Positions 19,651 through 26,627 of a DNA stretch of 53,109 bases are shown one piece after another. The notes below the pieces were generated by a model. It was not told the origin of the DNA, did no database searches, and saw nothing but the letters and a program-made list of their open reading frames with translations. The DNA is taken from the IMG/VR virus record IMGVR_UViG_3300037421_000066, positions 1 through 53,109 of that record; one strand, given 5' to 3'. How positions within the stretch are numbered: position 1 is the stretch's first letter; each line of letters starts with the position of its first letter. This DNA is from a virus (Duplodnaviria; Caudoviricetes). The translations under genes and the position numbers were made by a program.

Positions 19651-21069
19651 GTGCGTCGGATCCTCTTACCGCTTGCCGGGTTATTTGCGCTGCTCTTACC
19701 GTTCTGCTCGACGTTCGTTCACGCGGCAACGAACGGCACGGCGACCGGGCGGTTTACCTCCTCGTCCTCTAACGCCATCATTGTCTACGGGCTCGTTGGC
19801 GCATACCGCTGCTCGTTTACCTTCGACGCCATAACTTCTCCCGGTACCGGGCCGATCGACGTGAAGGGCGGCTACAACGGTTCGTTCCAAGCCGTTACGG
19901 TCAGCGATGTAAACGGCGGCACGCATAGCTCTCCGTTCACGCCGGTTGCTCACGCGCAGTATTATTTCGGCGTTCAGGCGTGGGATACCGTAGAGTTACT
20001 GCCCGATGCGACTTGGAGCGGCCAGGACGCTACGGGTACGCTTGCGTGCGTTCCGGCTGGCGTCGCGCTGGCAACGCAAAACCCAGTGACGCTTCCGAGC
20101 GGCGTTGCGATCAACTCTCTGCCGCCAGTCGTCTTTGCGACGTGGCAGCCGGTCACGATTCAGTCCTCCGTTCCCGCCCCTGCCGCGACCTGGCCCGTCA
20201 CGACCCCTGCGCCGTGCGCCACGCCAAACTGCAATAACGTCGCGTGGCAAGGAACGTCGCCGTGGGTAGTGTCCACGATAAACCCTTCGCTGCCTGCCCC
20301 ACAGGTAACGTGGCCGGTTACAACGCCTGCGCCCGCCGGGACACTTGGCGTTGTACCACAGGCTGCGTGCGCCGCTGCGTATCCGTGTGGATACCCGACA
20401 CCTATTCCATTTCCGACCATAGGCACCGTCGCGCAAACGACTCCGTGCCCCGGCCCGTCGGACGCCAGCGGCAACTGCAAAGTAAATGTTCAGAACGTGG
20501 TCATCATCGCCACTCCGACGTACAACGTGGCGGCGCAATATACTACCGCCGCGTCCCCCGCTCCAGCAAAGGTCATCGCTCTGGGCTACAACGCTGCTGG
20601 ATCTGCCGCGCCGGTTGTCTGTCAGCACACGGTTACTATCTCGCTTATTACGACGCAAGTAACGGAAACGGTGCTAGTTCCATCTGCAGCGGGGAAAGCC
20701 GTTTACGTTTGCTCGATCATTTCATGGAGCGCCGGAACGGGCATTGCTCAGTTAGAAACGTCTGCAACCAATGTGTGCGGCTCGATGACGACTCTTGCCG
20801 CGCTGGGCGGCGGCGGAGCTGCAATACAACTCGGAACCGGCGTCGGAACTGTAATGCAAACAGCCGCCGGGGTGGCTCTCTGTGCGACCAATACTTCTAC
20901 CGCGCCGACTTCGGAATATGTCACTATTACTTACGAGCAATTTCTCCATTCTCTGACGCCGGAACAAATCGACGCCTTCTGCTCCGTGCCGCATCGCTGC
21001 GCGCTCTACGGGCTGTTCAAGCACCTTAATCACATCCTCGATCACTCGACGGGTCCGATCGTTCCGTGA
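19651..21069 (+). CDS. Secreted fibre-like protein with Sec signal peptide (exported protein B)
   Basis: MRRILLPLAGLFALLLPFCSTFVHA; 14 Cys in the mature part; WQPVT/TWPVT/QGTSPWVVS fibre-type repeats. Confidence 0.8.
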   Translation: MRRILLPLAGLFALLLPFCSTFVHAATNGTATGRFTSSSSNAIIVYGLVGAYRCSFTFDAITSPGTGPIDVKGGYNGSFQAVTVSDVNGGTHSSPFTPVAHAQYYFGVQAWDTVELLPDATWSGQDATGTLACVPAGVALATQNPVTLPSGVAINSLPPVVFATWQPVTIQSSVPAPAATWPVTTPAPCATPNCNNVAWQGTSPWVVSTINPSLPAPQVTWPVTTPAPAGTLGVVPQAACAAAYPCGYPTPIPFPTIGTVAQTTPCPGPSDASGNCKVNVQNVVIIATPTYNVAAQYTTAASPAPAKVIALGYNAAGSAAPVVCQHTVTISLITTQVTETVLVPSAAGKAVYVCSIISWSAGTGIAQLETSATNVCGSMTTLAALGGGGAAIQLGTGVGTVMQTAAGVALCATNTSTAPTSEYVTITYEQFLHSLTPEQIDAFCSVPHRCALYGLFKHLNHILDHSTGPIVP

Positions 21070-21320
21070 AGTATGACCCGCTCCCGCTTCTCGCGGCGGT
21101 CCTCGGTGTGTTCGCGTTCGTCATCATCGGCACGGTCCTGGCGGGGCCCGGTTACGATTCGTCGCCTCGCGATAAGTGGGATGAAGCCTGCCGAGCCGCC
21201 ACGATGCGCTGGTACAAGGCCGATGTCGGCGTGGTGGGCTATGGCAGCGGTGCGTCGCAACTTCAGCGGTCGGATAACGCCTATATTCTCTGCGACAACG
21301 GAAAGAAGATTCCGAAGTAA
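21066..21320 (+). CDS. Small membrane-anchored/secreted protein
   Basis: N-terminal hydrophobic helix, 2 Cys; coupled on both sides. Confidence 0.6.
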   Translation: MKYDPLPLLAAVLGVFAFVIIGTVLAGPGYDSSPRDKWDEACRAATMRWYKADVGVVGYGSGASQLQRSDNAYILCDNGKKIPK

Positions 21321-23560
21321 TGGCTGGGCAAGCGCCGAAGTCGCGGTACGTTTCGTTCCCCGCGCGTGGTGTTCTCAACGAGATAAACACCCCAGCGGCG
21401 GTCGGCGGCAGCGGTCTGACGGCGGCTGTGAACCTTATCTATCACCGCCAGGGTGCGTGGGGCAAGCGCACGGGCAGCAACTCTACGGTTTTGCCTCCAG
21501 GAGAGGCGCAAACTCCGGTTAGCGGCTTTCGCTGGTACAAAGCCTACCCGCCAAGCAAGGCCATCACGAAACTCGTTACCTACGCGCAGGGCGTACTCTC
21601 AATCGGGAACGATCCGCACCACCTCAATTCTATCGGGACGTTCGCCTTGTCGGGGACGACGGCTCCATGTTTTACGTCCGCGCGTGATCCGCAGGCTAAC
21701 TCGGGCCAAGGGGCCGACGTGCTCATTGTCACCGGACTGATACTCCCCGCAGGCGTAAACTCCGGCTCGCCGAGCACCGGGCAAATCACCATTACGGGCC
21801 TGCCGGGAACGCAACCCAACGGCGTCTACGCGACGATCACCGTGAGCGACGGGACGCACACCATAACCTGCCCGCGCTACTACATTCTCGGCACCGACAA
21901 CCCCGCGAGCATCGCTTCTCAGCTTTGCATCCTGATAAACCAGACGAACGCCTATCTCAACAACGGCGCGCAGAGTTACCCTCCGTGGCTGGGAGAGTTC
22001 TTTTACACCGCGACGAATCAGCCATTTGGCGCAACGCAGGGCAGCGGCGGTGCGAACCCCGGCTCGCCGCAGCCGGGAGCCGCGCCCCCCTCGGCGACGA
22101 TTTACCTAGGGGCCAATGAAGGCGGCACGTCTACTAACGCCTTCACCTACAGCATCACGCTCAACACCGGCTCGGGCGGTGCGGGAACGCTCGCGGTTAC
22201 GCCCTCGGGCGCGACCAACATGACGGGCGGCGGCGCCGCGTGGTCGGGACCTGCGCGGTACGAAACGCCATCCTCGGGCGTCGGGAATCTTGTTCCGCTC
22301 TCATACATGGCCCCGAACGCCTTCTCGCAATGCGTTACCTGGCATAACCATGTGTGGTTTTGGGGAGATCCTGGAACGCCCGATACGGTATTCGCCAGCG
22401 ACATCTTCCAGCCCGAAGCGTTCACGTTTATGATTCAGAACGGGCCGTCAGCCGGGCCGAATGTCGGCACGATGAACGGCGCGAACAACGGCGGCTATCA
22501 AATCGGTCCGGGCGACGGCGATCGGGAGGTGCAAGCCTGCATCCCCATCGGCAACGCGATGTACGTCCTCAAGACAGCCAACATCTACATGATCGAAGGG
22601 TACGACTTCCAGCAGGGCGAGTATCAGTTCTCCGTCACGCCGCAAGTCTCGGGCTACGGGATTCCCAACCCCTATTGCGCGGCGGTGCTCGAGAACGAGC
22701 TCATCTTTTGGAGCGGCAGGAAGTTTCTGCGCTTGGCGGTCGGCGCATACGAGCCTGAGCATATCGGCTTCCCCATCCCATTCTCGGAAGGAACGGTATC
22801 GGGTGCGGGTAGCCAACTGCTCGTGCGCTGCGTAGCCGGCGACTTTCAGGTTAAAGCCGCGCTCACGAACAACTTCGGCCTTCCGCAACCTTACCCAGAC
22901 GCGACTATCATCTACCGCTCGCTGGCGTTGTGGGCGTTTGACGCGACCGAGAGCGGCGCTGCGAACACCGTCATGGTGTACGACGACGAGGCAACACAGG
23001 AGCGCCAGCAGTATGCCTGGGCACCGTGGAGCGGCTGGAGCGTCGGGTGCTGGATTCAGCAGGGCACCGGACCGACCCCAAGCGGCAACGACGTTGACGC
23101 CCCCATCGCCTATTTCATTGACTCGGCGGGCTTCGCGATTCATCAAGTTGGAGCGATTGCGGCGAGCGATTCAGGCACGGCGATTCCCTGGATGGCGCAA
23201 ACGGGGTGGGTGGACTTCTCCAGCCCGGAGGTACTCAAGAACGCGCATCGGATGTTCCTCACCGTCGAGGCGCAGGCTGGCGCGACCTTATCGGCGATTC
23301 TGGCTCCGGGGCGCATCATTCCAAACAGCGGACAAGTTCTTCCGTATAACACGACGCCCATCACTCTAACCTTCGCCCCGACGCTCGCGCCAAGCAGCAG
23401 CGGCGCAGAGTCTTTGAACGACATGGAGCGTTATATCGAGCCGTCAATCCAGGCTGAGAGCATAGTGGTTCAAATAACCGAGCCAGGGAGTTCGCTCACG
23501 GGATTCGAGTTGCAGTCGTGGTCAATCGACGTAAATCCTGAGGAGGCCATGCAGCCGTGA
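21320..23560 (+). CDS. Tail nozzle / tubular protein B (beta-propeller) with inserted sheath-type domain
   Basis: 746 aa; GAWGKRTG N-motif, WHNHVWF..G....VFAS, MYVLK..IY.I.G propeller blades. Confidence 0.8.
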   Translation: MAGQAPKSRYVSFPARGVLNEINTPAAVGGSGLTAAVNLIYHRQGAWGKRTGSNSTVLPPGEAQTPVSGFRWYKAYPPSKAITKLVTYAQGVLSIGNDPHHLNSIGTFALSGTTAPCFTSARDPQANSGQGADVLIVTGLILPAGVNSGSPSTGQITITGLPGTQPNGVYATITVSDGTHTITCPRYYILGTDNPASIASQLCILINQTNAYLNNGAQSYPPWLGEFFYTATNQPFGATQGSGGANPGSPQPGAAPPSATIYLGANEGGTSTNAFTYSITLNTGSGGAGTLAVTPSGATNMTGGGAAWSGPARYETPSSGVGNLVPLSYMAPNAFSQCVTWHNHVWFWGDPGTPDTVFASDIFQPEAFTFMIQNGPSAGPNVGTMNGANNGGYQIGPGDGDREVQACIPIGNAMYVLKTANIYMIEGYDFQQGEYQFSVTPQVSGYGIPNPYCAAVLENELIFWSGRKFLRLAVGAYEPEHIGFPIPFSEGTVSGAGSQLLVRCVAGDFQVKAALTNNFGLPQPYPDATIIYRSLALWAFDATESGAANTVMVYDDEATQERQQYAWAPWSGWSVGCWIQQGTGPTPSGNDVDAPIAYFIDSAGFAIHQVGAIAASDSGTAIPWMAQTGWVDFSSPEVLKNAHRMFLTVEAQAGATLSAILAPGRIIPNSGQVLPYNTTPITLTFAPTLAPSSSGAESLNDMERYIEPSIQAESIVVQITEPGSSLTGFELQSWSIDVNPEEAMQP

Positions 23561-23991
23561 TTATCCGCAGCATTCAAGAGCGCCGTGAGCGACGCACGCA
23601 AGCCGGTAACGACCACCGAATTGCCAACAGGTTGCGGAGATACTTCGTCCCTGCGAGTACCTTCCCGCCGCCGAACTCCGTCCGCGGCGCGACCGGCAAC
23701 CGCAACGTCACCCTCTCGGCGCAGAACTCGTCCAACAGCGCGCCAACCGATTCCGCGATCATTCAGCTTATTCCGGGCGGCACGGTAGCCACGGCGACCT
23801 GGACCTTCAAGACGAAGTTCAACTCCCCGCCAATCGTGTCGGCCATTGCGCTGACGACAAGCGCCACGGGCAACCCGCAGGAAATCACGATTGCCGGCCA
23901 GCTTAACAAGGGCGACTCGGGCGTGATTTTCCAGAGCTCCGACCCGGGGGACGCGCGGTTCCTCCACGTCACGGCGGTCGGCTCCAATTGA
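23557..23991 (+). CDS. Small tail protein (fibre-tip/H-lectin-like C-terminus)
   Basis: WTFKTKFNSPPIV motif; follows nozzle. Confidence 0.55.
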   Translation: MIIRSIQERRERRTQAGNDHRIANRLRRYFVPASTFPPPNSVRGATGNRNVTLSAQNSSNSAPTDSAIIQLIPGGTVATATWTFKTKFNSPPIVSAIALTTSATGNPQEITIAGQLNKGDSGVIFQSSDPGDARFLHVTAVGSN

Positions 23992-24001
23992 CTAGGGCGG
24001 T

Positions 24002-24020
24002 GGTCCTAAGTGTTCCAGAG
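24002..24020 (+). promoter_or_regulatory. Late-promoter motif copy 3, GGTCCTAAGTGTTCCAGAG
   Basis: After stop at 23991; GAAGAT at 24045-24050, ATG at 24057. Confidence 0.75.
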
Positions 24021-24056
24021 GGGAACGGCCTGCAAAGGCAGGGCGAAGATGGGCTT

Positions 24057-24521
24057 ATGCTCGCTACGCGAAGCCGCCAGCGGGTCCTTGAGGTTATCCC
24101 GGCGTTGCTCGTGATGATGCTCAGTGACCTTGGAAAGCTGCCTGAGATTCCCAACCTGCCGAAGCCGACCACTTGCGGCTTCCGTAAGCCAGAGTTAGCA
24201 GATATGGAGTCTTTGCGTTGGCTAGCGTGTTGGGGTGGGGCGAGAACGGATAGGGACGGCTTTAGGCGCGTCGCCGGACTCGCCTCATTCCGCGACGTTT
24301 ACGATTGGCATTTATCTTCCGACGTACGGGAACTTGTCGCCATTCGCGGCTCGAAGCGCGCGTGTGTCGAGCTAACCCGATGGCTCGTTGCTGATGGAAT
24401 GGCGCACGGCCGGCGGCTAGTCGGTGCGGTGAAGAAGGACGACTCAGGCCTCATTCACCTGATGGAGCGCTTAGGCGGCCACATCACGCGCCGCTTCATG
24501 GAGTACGCGTGTCCAGCTTAA
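24057..24521 (+). CDS. Putative GNAT-fold protein (T7 gp13-like position)
   Basis: Between nozzle and ejection genes; RVAGLASF...LIHLMERLGG resembles the GNAT C-terminus. Confidence 0.45.
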   Translation: MLATRSRQRVLEVIPALLVMMLSDLGKLPEIPNLPKPTTCGFRKPELADMESLRWLACWGGARTDRDGFRRVAGLASFRDVYDWHLSSDVRELVAIRGSKRACVELTRWLVADGMAHGRRLVGAVKKDDSGLIHLMERLGGHITRRFMEYACPA

Positions 24522-24745
24522 TCGCCGAACTTCAGAAACTCACACCGCAACCCGGCGCAATGCAGCCCGGCCAGCCGACCTTATTGCAACGCCTCCTGGC
24601 GGGCGACTACGGCGGCGGCGGGAACGGAACGTTTATGAACAGCGGGCAGTCTCCGAGCGGCGCATCGTCCACGCCGACAGCAGCGCCTCCTAGCTCTAAT
24701 CCCTACGACGTAAATACCGCACCGCAGCCTGCGAGGACATACTGA
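24509..24745 (+). CDS. Small putative internal virion protein
   Basis: GGAG RBS, GTG start; MSSLIAELQ. Confidence 0.6.
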   Translation: MSSLIAELQKLTPQPGAMQPGQPTLLQRLLAGDYGGGGNGTFMNSGQSPSGASSTPTAAPPSSNPYDVNTAPQPARTY

Positions 24746-25329
24746 TGTCGAGTCTTATCGCGGGATTAGCTGGAGCCGGTGGTGCAGCTCAAAATGCGGG
24801 CAACTACTATACCGCGGCAATGCAGAACGAAATCAACGCGGCTGGCTCTCCGGCAGCGACAGACTTTGCGCGCTTGCAGATGGCAACGCTGCGCCCGGAG
24901 ATTACGGCGCAGAACAACCAGCTTCTCGGCACGCTCGCGGCGACGGGCCTTGGCGGAAGCGGAGCAGGCCGCAGCCTTGGCGGGAATGTCGCGTCGAACG
25001 AAGCGTCAACGCTCGCGGGCGTAACGGCTCCGCTCTATCAGCAGGCATTGCAAGGGTACAGCAACATTAACGCGCAGATGCCGGGGGCTCAAGAGCAAGC
25101 GTACAGCGCTGCAATCCAGCAGTTCTACCAGGCTCTCAGCGGTGCGGCTTCTACGGCAGGAATGTTTATGGGCTTACCGAGTGGCTCGCCGCCAATGAAC
25201 TACTCTGGCGGGCTGCCAAGTTCGAGCGACATTATGGGTAGCCAGGGCTACAATCCGTACGCGGGCGCGACTAGCGGCATGGACACGGGCGGCATGAACC
25301 AGTACGGAATGCCGAGCGGGTACTACTGA
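24745..25329 (+). CDS. Putative DNA ejection protein 1
   Basis: Gly/Ala/Gln rich, LAATGLGGSG motif; position after nozzle. Confidence 0.7.
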   Translation: MSSLIAGLAGAGGAAQNAGNYYTAAMQNEINAAGSPAATDFARLQMATLRPEITAQNNQLLGTLAATGLGGSGAGRSLGGNVASNEASTLAGVTAPLYQQALQGYSNINAQMPGAQEQAYSAAIQQFYQALSGAASTAGMFMGLPSGSPPMNYSGGLPSSSDIMGSQGYNPYAGATSGMDTGGMNQYGMPSGYY

Positions 25330-26306
25330 TGGCGCTGTTAACGGCGCTCGCCGCCGCGTATGGAGGTTGGGGTCAGGGTCGGCAGCAGCGAACGCAAAAC
25401 CAGCAAGAGCAAGAGCGGCTGAACCAGCAGCAGGCATACCAGAACGCCGAGCTTACGCTTGACCAGCAGCGAGCGCAACGCGAGCAGGACATCTACACGC
25501 GCAACCGTGGCATTGACCCGGCAACGGGCAAACCGTTCGTTCTTCCGTTGCCGCTTACGCAAGCTCGGCCGAACAACAAAGGCAAGGGTGGCCCGGCTAC
25601 CGATCAGGAAACGCTGACGCTTCTGTACGCCCAGGCCAATCACTATTACCAAACCGGGCAGACCGACCTCGCGGCGCAGACAATGGATCGCGCTAAAGCG
25701 ATGGAAGCGGACATACGCGCAAACAACGCCCAGATTCTACGCCAGCAGCTTGACATATACAACCAGGGCGAGCAAGACAAACGCACGGCTGACATCATCG
25801 CTGGCGCTAACCAGCGTTCAGATGCGCGGCTTGGAGCGCCAACCTATAGCGAGCAGTGGAACATTCAGCATGGCTACCCGCCATGGTATCGCGCACCGAG
25901 TGGTGGCGGGGCTAACTCACCCGAGAAGGTGCAGGACGCAATAACAAAATGGCACGAGTCGTTCGCTAAGGCAACTGCTAGCACGCAGCACCAAAAATAC
26001 CCGGGCGTAGCTGGAAGCCCGATGGTTGGCAAGGCTCCGCTCGTTTCAGCGGGAGATATTTCCGCTATCCGCGGTCGGCTACAGAACGCTCGCGCTAAGG
26101 GGTACAAAGGGCCGCTCGATCCGTTCGCGGCGATTGACGCCGACTCGGACCCGATCGCCTTGTCGAAGCAGCTTGCAGACATGACGGGAAACCAAACGCT
26201 CAAGGTGCTGCTGCTATCGCGTGGCAAAACGGCGCTCATGCAGCGGTCGGCTTCTCAACCTGGAGGAAGCAATGCCGCGCCGGACCCTCAGTATCCGGGG
26301 CCATAG
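25329..26306 (+). CDS. Putative DNA ejection protein 2
   Basis: ALAAAYGGWGQG followed by a Gln-rich coiled coil. Confidence 0.7.
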   Translation: MALLTALAAAYGGWGQGRQQRTQNQQEQERLNQQQAYQNAELTLDQQRAQREQDIYTRNRGIDPATGKPFVLPLPLTQARPNNKGKGGPATDQETLTLLYAQANHYYQTGQTDLAAQTMDRAKAMEADIRANNAQILRQQLDIYNQGEQDKRTADIIAGANQRSDARLGAPTYSEQWNIQHGYPPWYRAPSGGGANSPEKVQDAITKWHESFAKATASTQHQKYPGVAGSPMVGKAPLVSAGDISAIRGRLQNARAKGYKGPLDPFAAIDADSDPIALSKQLADMTGNQTLKVLLLSRGKTALMQRSASQPGGSNAAPDPQYPGP

Positions 26307-26626
26307 AGTCCCAAGGTGGTACGCCAAAGCTCGCGCAAGCGACTACAAACTTTAACGGCTTCTCGCAGTACCCGATCGACTCGGTTCGACGCGCAACGCC
26401 TGGAACGGGGCCGGGGCACCGTGAGGGGCGAGCGGTTGACGTGGGCGTTCCTGATACGCAAGAGGGGTTCAACTACGTCGTCGCGGCGATTCGTTCGGGG
26501 CAGTTTGCTAAGGTCGGAACTAACCCGCGTTGGATTCCCGAACTGCAGCCGCTAGCGCAACAGTACGGCGTGGAGTTATTTAGTGACTACGCGCAAGTCC
26601 ATGCCCACCTAGAAGTAGCGCCGTAA
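26303..26626 (+). CDS. Peptidase M15-like (Hedgehog/DD-peptidase) domain in the -1 frame of the upstream gene; no canonical start upstream of the catalytic motif
   Basis: Manual translation: ...SVRRATPGTGPGHREGRAVDVG...VHAHLEVAP*; H-x6-D plus HxH zinc-ligand pattern. Confidence 0.65.
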   Translation: MESQGGTPKLAQATTNFNGFSQYPIDSVRRATPGTGPGHREGRAVDVGVPDTQEGFNYVVAAIRSGQFAKVGTNPRWIPELQPLAQQYGVELFSDYAQVHAHLEVAP

Positions 26627-26627
26627 G

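Noticed and set aside
6364-24020. 19-bp repeats as CRISPR repeats or att/inversion sites
   Set aside because: Kilobases apart, same orientation, no recombinase; promoter geometry explains them better
26272-26355. GGAGG + ATG 26272 as the start of the M15 domain
   Set aside because: Wrong frame; gives a 27-aa peptide and the GGAGG coincides with Gly-Gly codons of the upstream gene
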